Origin: a virus
Lineage: Duplodnaviria; Caudoviricetes
Length of the DNA: 64,000 nucleotides
Virus record (IMG/VR): IMGVR_UViG_3300014204_000165
Location: 12,606-76,605 of that record
Strand: one strand, 5' to 3'
Below are positions 18,832-27,711 of this stretch, one piece after another. Each line of letters opens with the position of its first letter. Within the stretch, counting starts at the first letter, position 1. Below the pieces are notes generated by a model. It was not told the origin of the DNA. It searched no databases and worked only from the letters and a program-made list of their open reading frames with translations. Made by a program: the position numbers and the translations under genes.

Positions 18832-19858
18832 TTAATATCGAAGAATAGCAGCTATACCACCAAACACCTTACGAAGTTGTTCGCCTTCTTCGAATTCTGT
18901 TGATATTATGTTAACTTTGGTACTAAATTTAGATGTCAATTCTTCTAGTGCTTTTTCATGGGATGAAAGTAACAACGTTTTAACTCTTCCGGTTAGAAGG
19001 GCATCTTCCACGGATTTTCTTCCATATAATATTGCACCGTCTTTGCTAAGCAGTGTAAAGAAACTTCTCATTATGTTACGTTGCTTCACTAGTTCGGTTT
19101 CTTTTAAGAGTTCCTCGGCATTTTGTATTGTTTCCTTTATACCTTGGAATCCAGTATAACCAACATCCACAACACCGGTAATCTTTTTTCGAAGTTCGTG
19201 ATGCAAATATTCACTATCATTGAAATCATTTTTCGTGAGTCCTGGGCCACTTATTATAATTCCGGAAAGGTCTTTTAAATCAAGTAATTCTTTTGAGATA
19301 TTATCCGCACTTGATTTAAACCAATCAATGATTGCAAGTTGTCGGTTTTTCTCAAATCGCTTCGCAGACTGTCCGCCTCTACTCATTTTCTGAGGAACAT
19401 TACTTTCGTCTTCAAAAAGGACATTAATAGAAGTTCCTTGTAAGGTAACTAAGGTAACTTCATGCAGGTCCAGGCAAATAATCGCATGTTTTGGACCTTT
19501 ATCTTGCATGCTTTCAAGAGGGTCCAAAAAGAATTCTGATCCACATCGATAGATAATACCTTTAAGTGGCTTAGGAACTGCTATAGCCTCACTTATCCAA
19601 CCAGTTGATGTTTCACCGACAAAGATAGCATAATGCCCATCAGATAAGGTTTTTAACTTTTCCAGACAACTCTTGATTGCAGATATAACTGCTTGTCGAG
19701 TCACACGAGATTTGATATTCTCAGCTTTTCCTGCTTCGTCGCGCAAAAGACCGGCAGCATCTGGTACTTTTCCTTCAGGAACATATAACGTGATTAGTTC
19801 TGTTCCTTTGCCTCTTAGTTCACACAGTGTGCTAAAGACAGTAGTTGTTAATGGTCAT
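18832..19858 (-). CDS. prf1: Archaeal peptide chain release factor aRF1, 341 aa, needing a +1 frameshift at CTT-TAG (19837-19832)
   Basis: GTELITLYVP, NIKS, YxCxxxF (YRCGSEF), GGQ and C-terminal FGGIAAILRY motifs; SD AGGTGA plus ATG 19858 lies in a different frame from the body. Confidence 0.9.
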
Positions 19859-19877
19859 TTAATTCACCTATTTTATA

Positions 19878-19933
19878 TGGAGCATAGTGGAATCGAACCA
19901 CCCCGAATAACCTTTCGTAAGCCATTTTGCTCC
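19878..19933 (-). ncRNA. D-armless tRNA-like element (55 nt plus discriminator A)
   Basis: GGAGCA/TGCTCC-A acceptor stem, T-arm GGTGG-TTCGATT-CCACT, one central arm that pairs only on the minus strand (G-U pairs). Confidence 0.6.
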
Positions 19934-19935
19934 TA

Positions 19936-19969
19936 ATCAAGAAAAGAAAGGTGTTGATTTGCACCTCTC
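19936..19969 (-). terminator. Hairpin plus U-tract (terminator or attenuator-like)
   Basis: GAGAGGTG-CAAATCAA-CACCTTTC followed by TTTTCTT. Confidence 0.4.
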
Positions 19970-20010
19970 CTTCCCTGAGTTGTGTGGGCACCTACTACAA
20001 AGACGGACTA

Positions 20011-20027
20011 GTATAAATACCTTTTGG
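20011..20027 (-). promoter_or_regulatory. BRE-TATA promoter for the tRNA-like/aRF1 transcript
   Basis: Identical to the 701-717 promoter. Confidence 0.75.
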
Positions 20028-20029
20028 TC

Positions 20030-21460
20030 CTAAACAACACTAACAGTGACCGTACCTGCTCGTATCCTTTCATCCTCATCGATATTGATAAGACCTCCGG
20101 TTGTTGAAATACTTGTACCATCTCCGGTGATTATGCAAGACTCCACCGTGTCAATGCCTTCAAACATTCTGGAGGTTGCATAATCCATGTAAATGTATAG
20201 AAAGAGATCTGACCATTCTAAGTCTTTACCAATTGTATAAGCATTTAGGAAGGCTTCAACACTCGCCTGAATACTATCTGCTAAGTCCGTTTCTGGTGTT
20301 GTTGTTTGACTAATCGAGATAGTAACATCCACAGAAACTGTCCTGGGCAACACATACAAATATGGATAGGTTCCCATGCCGATAAGAATATCATAGGAGC
20401 CAATACCAGCATAACTAATGTCATCTATGGAAACTGCGCGGTCCGTGGTTGCTTCCAAAACAGTCTCAATGGTATCTCCTCGGACTGTATTAATAGGAAT
20501 CGTTGCGATTGCTGTTCTAGTCCTTCCCAAAATATCAGTATAAGTTAGTGTAAGGCTGTCGCCTGCTAATGCATGGTTTGTAGCCCTAACCCAGATTCGA
20601 CCACCCGAAGATTCTGCTAGGTTGGTAGTAATTACGCCACTCACTACGGTAGATCCTAAAATACCTCGGCATATAACACCTGCAGCAACATCTGCTACAA
20701 GAACATCATAAATGTCTGTGGAGTCTGCACCAGTTCCACTATCGTAGTCAGCTATAACTTCAATATCTCCGTAGCTGCGAGGATAGACATGAGCTTCGCT
20801 TACGTCTTCTAAATCTGTAAGATGCTCTTCAATGATTTCAGTGGTTGCCTTGCCTGGGACTAGGACAGCATAATAATAGCGATTTCTTAATTCATCATCG
20901 GTTTCTTCATCGGTGCCATCAGCAAAGGCGGAAGCATTTTCAACTCGATCCACGCCTTCAATAGCATATGGTAACTGAGTTATGGAATATGCTGCTACGT
21001 TACCATTGGTTCCGGGTTCCACGGCTTGGGCTTCAATTATGATAGAGTAAGATCCAATTTCGATTTGGCCATAGGAAGTTGTCTGGAAATATTGTTTGGA
21101 GCCATCTGAACCGAGAGCGAGTGCCTTGGAACCAAGAGGAATCGGGATAACTTCAGTTGCCGCATAAGTACACTTGAAGGTTAGATTGCCGGTGGCTTGG
21201 GTGCCTGCTTGACGACCATTGGGTAATCGATCGACAACGAGAGCATCCAAATCACTCCCAGTAGCCGTTAGGATCGAGACACTCTCAGTGGATTCTGACG
21301 TTCTTAAATACTGTAAGTAAATTTGAGTAGCAAAAACTTCGCCAATTATATCAAGCATGCTGCCGGCTGCGAAATTTCGGATCAAAGGGTGCCGAGATAT
21401 TATACCATTTTTAATCTGTAATTTAATGGTTTCAATTGTAGGAATGTCCAAATTAATCAC
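20030..21460 (-). CDS. Baseplate J-like wedge protein
   Basis: ATGSDLD, R..G..ATG.+.F, A...G..GNV, G.DEETDDELR.R. Confidence 0.93.
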   Translation of the reverse strand: MINLDIPTIETIKLQIKNGIISRHPLIRNFAAGSMLDIIGEVFATQIYLQYLRTSESTESVSILTATGSDLDALVVDRLPNGRQAGTQATGNLTFKCTYAATEVIPIPLGSKALALGSDGSKQYFQTTSYGQIEIGSYSIIIEAQAVEPGTNGNVAAYSITQLPYAIEGVDRVENASAFADGTDEETDDELRNRYYYAVLVPGKATTEIIEEHLTDLEDVSEAHVYPRSYGDIEVIADYDSGTGADSTDIYDVLVADVAAGVICRGILGSTVVSGVITTNLAESSGGRIWVRATNHALAGDSLTLTYTDILGRTRTAIATIPINTVRGDTIETVLEATTDRAVSIDDISYAGIGSYDILIGMGTYPYLYVLPRTVSVDVTISISQTTTPETDLADSIQASVEAFLNAYTIGKDLEWSDLFLYIYMDYATSRMFEGIDTVESCIITGDGTSISTTGGLINIDEDERIRAGTVTVSVV

Positions 21461-21462
21461 CG

Positions 21463-21900
21463 TTATTGTCCTATACTTGCTATATCACTTGTAAGCCTGA
21501 GCAACTCCTCAGGGGTGTAGAGAAAATTCATGTCGCCATCAGAAAGCCTCACACTAAGGTTGAATTGAAATGGATCTGTTAGGCCTTGGGTACATGCAAC
21601 TGATTGCACCGGGAGGTCACTAAATTGATATTTCATGTCGCCCAGGATGTCCTGTTCTAATCTGCGCATATTATTGTTGGTATTTTTTTCATGAAGATAA
21701 TTTAGGGCAGAACTTCCGATGTGTGTATCTTGACGTTCTCCGCGCGGGATTCCTAGGTAAAGTAAAAGTCTTTGCTTGATTTCATCGGTCCCTGAGATAA
21801 TCGCGAGATCTCCTTGTGCGGTGAGTCTGAGATCAAGGGATGTATGGCAATGGCTATAGCCCGGTCCGATGTCCATATTGGTCGCGAGGTCGTAGTACAT
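21463..21900 (-). CDS. Baseplate gp25/W-like protein (start ATG 21900)
   Basis: GDLAIISGTDEIKQRL...GE....GS pattern. Confidence 0.8.
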   Translation of the reverse strand: MYYDLATNMDIGPGYSHCHTSLDLRLTAQGDLAIISGTDEIKQRLLLYLGIPRGERQDTHIGSSALNYLHEKNTNNNMRRLEQDILGDMKYQFSDLPVQSVACTQGLTDPFQFNLSVRLSDGDMNFLYTPEELLRLTSDIASIGQ

Positions 21901-21995
21901 TTTATAAAACCTATTATTAAAATCTATATCAAGAGTTCTTAAATGCTGTCGGAGTAGAGCTTGGCGGTGCCTATCTGGATCAGGGTGTATGGCAT

Positions 21996-24077
21996 CTACA
22001 GCTCCGCAATCGCAACCCAATGCATGAATATGAAATGTCCAGCTGCGGAATTTCCGCCAGCACTCCACGTAAATCCAGTTTGCCCAGGAACAGTATAGCC
22101 CACCGTTGTCGATGGTGTTATATCGCCAGTTGTTGTATCCGCGACTTTATCCGCCGCACCAGTCGTCGGGGAGTATAGATGGACAACTGGATTTGAACGC
22201 ATTTGTATCCCAAATGTAACATGATTGGTATAAACGTCATATGTATTGTATGCTTGCGTGTACATAGCCCCGTGATAATCACTTGTTGTGGGTGTAATAT
22301 TATAATTATGACTTTTTTGGTAGTATTCACAACATCGTAATAATTCTTCGTTGAATTTCATCGGCATGAATGGTAGGCAGACTGGGCCTTCGTTGAGTTG
22401 TACATCTCCTAGATAGAGAAGGTCATCAACTGCCGCATCTGCATCATCACACCAGATGAAGACGGCCAAATTGGCCATGCTCGCGGTGTCGATGGCTATA
22501 TTCTCTATTTTGTATGTAGTCCAAGTGTCGGCAATCAGAGCGAGATTAGCTGCCACGTTCTCGGCGGTCCAATTGGCGACAAGCGTTGGATTGTTGCCTT
22601 CCGCCCCCCAAGCATCCACGACATCGCTTGTTAGCGTATCGGCGGTAGAGGACCAGGAGAGAACTGCTGCCCGGATATTCCGGATAGCCTTTCCGGTCGT
22701 GGTCCGAGCTTTGAACTGGAGAGAGACGGCCTTCCCCGCAAATTTCAATGCATCCTTGTTTTCGAGGAAAAATATCTTTCCGAACTTCTTGTTAGCGGTT
22801 TCGACCTCTAATTTCAGCGCAGTGGCCGCGCCTGATGGCACAATGGCAGTCTCTTGGCTGACATCCACAATATCATTGCCATCCGAGAGCAAGACCCATT
22901 GATCCAGCAGATAGGTGTCGTCAGAATTAGCCGGATCGGTGGCTGAAGTATAGACCGCTAACGCTCGCTGATTGACTTGGAATTGCGGATTGATTATTGC
23001 ATTATAGTACAACCCCGGCGTCTTGTCCAGCCAAACTGGATTCGCTGAAGCACCTTGGGTAGCAAGAACTTGTCCTTTTGTGCCCACTGCTAAATATGTC
23101 GGATCATCTGCACCAGCATATAGAATAGTACCTTGATCGCCTTTTGGAAATTGTTCCCAGGTGGACGCTCCTCTTCGAATTAATTCACCACGTGCCGGTG
23201 AACCCACAAAATCTAGAACTTCGGACAGAGTGCACTCTTCTCCCGCACCGCCACTTGTTGTTTTCCTACCAAGAATTCGCGAAGTTGCAGAAAATGTAGT
23301 AGAAGTAGTCGGAATAGATGCACCATCGCCGCCAGAATGGTCATGACTGTCGCCATTAGTGACACCGTTAGCAGTAGGGGCATAAGTTCCTGATAAATCG
23401 GGTATCCAGCCAGTTGCCAATGTTCCGCTTACACCATTTGCAATAGGAATTTTATTTTGTGTTGGAGTAGACGTTGCATTCGCAGGGTCCTGAACAACCT
23501 TGGAACTTGAATTAAGGGATGCTAATCCATTTACTTGTGCTTTGGATGCAATAAACGAATCTATAACGGTATGCAAATTAGTACCAATATCACTTAGGTT
23601 AGTATGGCTCAGGGTGGCACCGTCTCCTCCTACGTGGTTGTGAGAATCCCCATTTGTAACACCTTCACTGACAGGGGCAAAATCTGAAATATCATAACCA
23701 CTATCTTCTAATGCATTTCCAGTTATACTAGAGAAAATAGGAATGTTTCCAATAACAGAAGTTTCCGGACCAATAACAATGGAACCGAGTGCTTCGCTTG
23801 TGGCTGATATTGTAATGTTATTTAAAGCAATTTTTGAAGATCCAGTTCTATTTACAATAGCATATACGGTTCCTGTTATTTGAATGGCTTCTGTACTGGT
23901 TGACACCGTGAATATTATATCTTCGCCAATAATTGCATCTGATATTATAGCCTCAGCAAAAATTCCAGATATTAACATTTCGGCTGTCGAATTCGTTAAA
24001 TTTTCCCATTGAACATTTACCACTGGATTAACAGTCGGAGATATTAAAATATCATTAATGTAATATGATGTAGACAT
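21996..24077 (-). CDS. Tail fibre protein
   Basis: Two HxH-containing repeats; NAIINPQFQVNQR...YLLDQW receptor-type domain; YYQKS...QMRSNP tip. Confidence 0.85.
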   Translation of the reverse strand: MSTSYYINDILISPTVNPVVNVQWENLTNSTAEMLISGIFAEAIISDAIIGEDIIFTVSTSTEAIQITGTVYAIVNRTGSSKIALNNITISATSEALGSIVIGPETSVIGNIPIFSSITGNALEDSGYDISDFAPVSEGVTNGDSHNHVGGDGATLSHTNLSDIGTNLHTVIDSFIASKAQVNGLASLNSSSKVVQDPANATSTPTQNKIPIANGVSGTLATGWIPDLSGTYAPTANGVTNGDSHDHSGGDGASIPTTSTTFSATSRILGRKTTSGGAGEECTLSEVLDFVGSPARGELIRRGASTWEQFPKGDQGTILYAGADDPTYLAVGTKGQVLATQGASANPVWLDKTPGLYYNAIINPQFQVNQRALAVYTSATDPANSDDTYLLDQWVLLSDGNDIVDVSQETAIVPSGAATALKLEVETANKKFGKIFFLENKDALKFAGKAVSLQFKARTTTGKAIRNIRAAVLSWSSTADTLTSDVVDAWGAEGNNPTLVANWTAENVAANLALIADTWTTYKIENIAIDTASMANLAVFIWCDDADAAVDDLLYLGDVQLNEGPVCLPFMPMKFNEELLRCCEYYQKSHNYNITPTTSDYHGAMYTQAYNTYDVYTNHVTFGIQMRSNPVVHLYSPTTGAADKVADTTTGDITPSTTVGYTVPGQTGFTWSAGGNSAAGHFIFMHWVAIAEL

Positions 24078-24079
24078 TT

Positions 24080-25378
24080 TTAGGTTTCCTCGCCATGAAT
24101 TAAAGATGTGCCCATATAAATTTTTGGTGTATTAAATTGGACTTTATCAGAGCATGTTGCTTCTAGAATAGGTGCTGTTACCTCAACTTTAACGGATGAT
24201 ACTAACTTAACATTACCCTGGGCTGCATTTACTTTTATGTCACCGTTTGTAAGTGTTTCTATGTAAGAATCGTGGATTTTGTCCCATAAGTGACAGGTGC
24301 CATCTACATCGAGAAGAACTTCAGAAGAACCATATTCTGTGTTGTTATTTGCCGTTAATCTTATCGATCCATCTCTATATATTCTAATAATAGCATTTAA
24401 TGGTAGATAAGCAGATTCATATGCAATTATCCCGTAGGAGTCAGACCATTCCATAAGGGAGCCGGTAACTAATGTTCTGGCACCTAAAACTTCATGATCA
24501 ATTGATGTTTCTTCATGTTCGGAATGTACATCTATTGTACCAGTTGGGTGATAATTTATATGACCACGTTTTTTTTGCTCAGAAACAGCATTGCCTAGTC
24601 GGATGTGGCCCCTACCTTCACTGTATTCATTGGAAAATCCGGTTTCACTTTCCAAGCGCAAGTATGATCCGCATTTAGTATGATGTTCCCAGCGGGATGG
24701 TGGTGCCTCAGTGCTTTCTGTCTGAGAGGAATATATCTTTTCCCATTGACCTTGTTCCCGCGGAACAGAATCAATATCCTCACAATATTTACAAGTTGGG
24801 TCACAGTCACCTAGCCAGCAGTCCCATACAGTTTGGTAATCTCTCCCAGGACCAGAAATTCCTTTTGGTGGTCCATGAAATAATTTTTTGCATATTGGCA
24901 TTTTGCCAGGTGGATGGTCATAATAGTCTTTGTTTTCGTCTTCGCTGGGTTTTAGCCACTGGCACCACTTGTCTACGAGATCATATTTTGCGTCCCACTC
25001 AGTTGGCGCGCGATATACAGGTTCTTGCTGGATAGTCGCAACTGGCCCCAAAACCAACGGCATATTATTATACATGAAGAGGACGGCTACTAAATCTCCG
25101 ACCCGAGGTGTATAAGGTTGGCCAAATAAATTTCCTGTGAAGTGTTGAAGAACAAGTGCGTTCAGGTGTTGGATAGCATTAGGATCTGTGTTGTTTGCCT
25201 TGGTACTGCGAATCTTAAGGGAAACCGTATTATAATATTCTGTATGGTCTGGTGAGTGGCACTTAACTCCAGGTGATCCCAATTTGTCAATTTCGACTAT
25301 GGTACAATAGTCTATATACATTTGGCGTGAGATAAGGCGCTCACTTGAATTGGTAAACGACTGCATGATTGAGGTCAT
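24080..25378 (-). CDS. Baseplate spike (gp5/gpV-like)
   Basis: OB-fold P.VGD.V.V.F....P.VLG and C-terminal beta-helix-like repeats. Confidence 0.7.
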   Translation of the reverse strand: MTSIMQSFTNSSERLISRQMYIDYCTIVEIDKLGSPGVKCHSPDHTEYYNTVSLKIRSTKANNTDPNAIQHLNALVLQHFTGNLFGQPYTPRVGDLVAVLFMYNNMPLVLGPVATIQQEPVYRAPTEWDAKYDLVDKWCQWLKPSEDENKDYYDHPPGKMPICKKLFHGPPKGISGPGRDYQTVWDCWLGDCDPTCKYCEDIDSVPREQGQWEKIYSSQTESTEAPPSRWEHHTKCGSYLRLESETGFSNEYSEGRGHIRLGNAVSEQKKRGHINYHPTGTIDVHSEHEETSIDHEVLGARTLVTGSLMEWSDSYGIIAYESAYLPLNAIIRIYRDGSIRLTANNNTEYGSSEVLLDVDGTCHLWDKIHDSYIETLTNGDIKVNAAQGNVKLVSSVKVEVTAPILEATCSDKVQFNTPKIYMGTSLIHGEET

Positions 25379-25825
25379 TTAAGGACCTCCTGGCAAAATA
25401 CCATAATAGTTGTAACCTTTTGCGAGTTTCCTGAGCAAGGTTCTATCAAAGTTGATTAAGATTTGGTTGCCAGAACTGTCATAGGTTACAGAATACAACC
25501 TATTGGTTGTTTCGTTCCATTGTATCCAGGAAGAATATATCCTGATTAGGTGGGATATGAACTCATCTAATGTTATGCCTTCATCTTGGTCATTTTCTGT
25601 TATGGCAGTCTCTGATGTAGTTGTTGAGGTTGTCGTCGTTGGCCATCTCTGCTCAACTGTATTTTCTAATCTGGTTAAAATACTCTCTGGAATATCTATT
25701 GATTCTACTGTTTCATATGTTTTACCATAATCGCTGGAAATACTGTAAGTAGACTCGCTATCAGATCTATATAGGTAAATACCTTCCCTTGGATTACCAT
25801 ATGCTATGTAAATATAATCGTCCAT
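25379..25825 (-). CDS. Hypothetical baseplate-region protein
   Basis: 148 aa, position in operon. Confidence 0.6.
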   Translation of the reverse strand: MDDYIYIAYGNPREGIYLYRSDSESTYSISSDYGKTYETVESIDIPESILTRLENTVEQRWPTTTTSTTTSETAITENDQDEGITLDEFISHLIRIYSSWIQWNETTNRLYSVTYDSSGNQILINFDRTLLRKLAKGYNYYGILPGGP

Positions 25826-25830
25826 TTAGA

Positions 25831-27243
25831 TCATTTCCAGGTCCAAGTATTTCCCCAAGTTGATTTTGCTTGGCTAATTAGTTCATCCTTAATGTTGTCA
25901 GTGAGTAGATTATCAACTATTAACTTTTGTGTACCTGTAGCATCGGAAACTTTCTTTAACCCAGAATCACTATCACCTTGTGACTTGTACCACAACGTTC
26001 CTTCTTTGTCAAAAGCAAATGTTACTCCGGTGAAGGCGTCATTTACAACTGTTCTGTAAACGTATTGAGGAGTTTCTGGTTTCTTTGGTGTTGCTGGTTG
26101 TTCTGGAGCAGGTACTCTTTCTACTAATCTGCATTCTAAATTTGTTATTATACCGTTTGAAGAATATTCAACTCGTTTTCGGTTTACGCCAGCTGTTATT
26201 TGAATATTTCCAGAACCAGATTTGACGTCAGGTATTGTATATGTAACAACAGACCTCACCAATGGAATTATATCACAAATTGTTACCTTAACATCACGAT
26301 CCTTGAAGGTGATATACCAGTCTTTGAGGGCAGTTGCACGATTTTGTGCTTCTTCTATGGTATAAATTGTTGGGTCGTAACATATAGGAGCTTCTATTAA
26401 TCCATAAGTTTCTATACCATCATCGTCTTGGTCAGTTGCTTGAACAGATTTCTTTTGTTGATCTGGAATGTTAGATTTTTCAAAAACACCGGCAGAGTTT
26501 TCTGCAACTACTGTAACCTTATTTGCATATCCAATGAGTGAAGTGCTGTCACCTGGATCAATTACAAATCCATCAAGATCGCGCTTCTCATAATACGATT
26601 TTTCATCGGCTACAACTAGGATGGGCTGCAAATCCTCATCTGTGCAGAAATAAAAATCTTTGGATTGTCCAGTTGTCACGGATCGAATTGCCTCGTTATA
26701 AGATAACTTAGATGGAACATATGATGCTTTTTTGGGACCGTTACTAGACGTTCTGTCGACAACGATTATACTTGCACCTGTTTGACTTTCTAAATCACTT
26801 ACAATATCGTTCACTTTTGTGATGAGTAGTGTATCAGCAGTCCATGCTCGATCCTTTGTTGATTGTGAACCAAAACCACTTATACAAACACATTCTACCG
26901 TTGCTGTTTGATTATTATAAGAAGAGTTGTTTATAACCCCTGTAAATAAAATATAAGGTTGCGTATCAGTTGTGAAAGAGTTACCTGAAATAATATTACG
27001 CTCGACTGTAACAAAAGATTGAATAAATGTTTTTCCTGGAATAAAAGCACCTGACACGATAGCATGTCCATAAACTTGGCCACTATTATCCAGGGTAACT
27101 TTGCATGTGGATGGTTCTACTGCCTCAGATTCACTAGAAACATGGTCGGTTGTTATGGAAATAACATCCGAGGAGACGTCATAACCACCAATAAATGTAA
27201 AGTTTTTAATGCCGCCAGAATTGCTCATTACATTGCCTCTCAA
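25831..27243 (-). CDS. Baseplate hub (gp27/gpD-like)
   Basis: LFTGVI, ANKVTV, YGLIE, A..RA pattern; follows tape measure. Confidence 0.75.
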   Translation of the reverse strand: MRGNVMSNSGGIKNFTFIGGYDVSSDVISITTDHVSSESEAVEPSTCKVTLDNSGQVYGHAIVSGAFIPGKTFIQSFVTVERNIISGNSFTTDTQPYILFTGVINNSSYNNQTATVECVCISGFGSQSTKDRAWTADTLLITKVNDIVSDLESQTGASIIVVDRTSSNGPKKASYVPSKLSYNEAIRSVTTGQSKDFYFCTDEDLQPILVVADEKSYYEKRDLDGFVIDPGDSTSLIGYANKVTVVAENSAGVFEKSNIPDQQKKSVQATDQDDDGIETYGLIEAPICYDPTIYTIEEAQNRATALKDWYITFKDRDVKVTICDIIPLVRSVVTYTIPDVKSGSGNIQITAGVNRKRVEYSSNGIITNLECRLVERVPAPEQPATPKKPETPQYVYRTVVNDAFTGVTFAFDKEGTLWYKSQGDSDSGLKKVSDATGTQKLIVDNLLTDNIKDELISQAKSTWGNTWTWK

Positions 27244-27689
27244 TCGTTAATTTCTGTTAATTTTAGTGAGCAATGCCAACGGGAATCTGAATAGCCAGCA
27301 TCTGCTGTTGCATTTAGGGAATTAACATACATGTACATGGATTTAAAGTATGTTCGGACGTAATGTGGACCAACATCATCCACTAAGGTTTGGACTTGTT
27401 CCATATATTTTTTGTCAAGAACTGTAAAACTTATGTCTAGTGTCCATAAGGTTTCTTTTGATGTGCGCATTGTTTTCCATTTAGGGTTAGGGATCTTGTG
27501 GGTAGCAATTTCATTGTTTTTAGACCATGATATGCTGGTTGGATTTGGTTGGCCCATGCCTAAATGTTCATTGTTTTCGTCTGGGTAGACACCAGCAACT
27601 TTGTTCATGACAAAGTCACCAATCTCTACAGTAAATGCAGATGTTGTTGAATTAGGTGTTGCATTACCACCCGATGCCGCATAATCCAT
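27240..27689 (-). CDS. Tail tube initiator / gpU-like protein
   Basis: Position after TMP; P..IS.S.....H.IP motif. Confidence 0.5.
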   Translation of the reverse strand: MDYAASGGNATPNSTTSAFTVEIGDFVMNKVAGVYPDENNEHLGMGQPNPTSISWSKNNEIATHKIPNPKWKTMRTSKETLWTLDISFTVLDKKYMEQVQTLVDDVGPHYVRTYFKSMYMYVNSLNATADAGYSDSRWHCSLKLTEIND

Positions 27690-27711
27690 TTAATATTCTC
27701 CATTCCTTTTT

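Noticed and set aside
19673-19936. Plus-strand 87-aa ORF and the TTG-19746 start for aRF1
   Set aside because: The first is an antisense shadow. The TTG start has no SD and removes the conserved GTELI.LY+P strand.
19940-19995. Second tRNA-like element (GGTG...GGTGCAAATC...CACC)
   Set aside because: The T-loop-like string has no T-stem and there is no 7-bp acceptor; a simple hairpin plus U-tract explains it better.
21996-24077. Diversity-generating retroelement acting on the fibre tip
   Set aside because: No reverse transcriptase and no template/variable repeat pair visible in the window.
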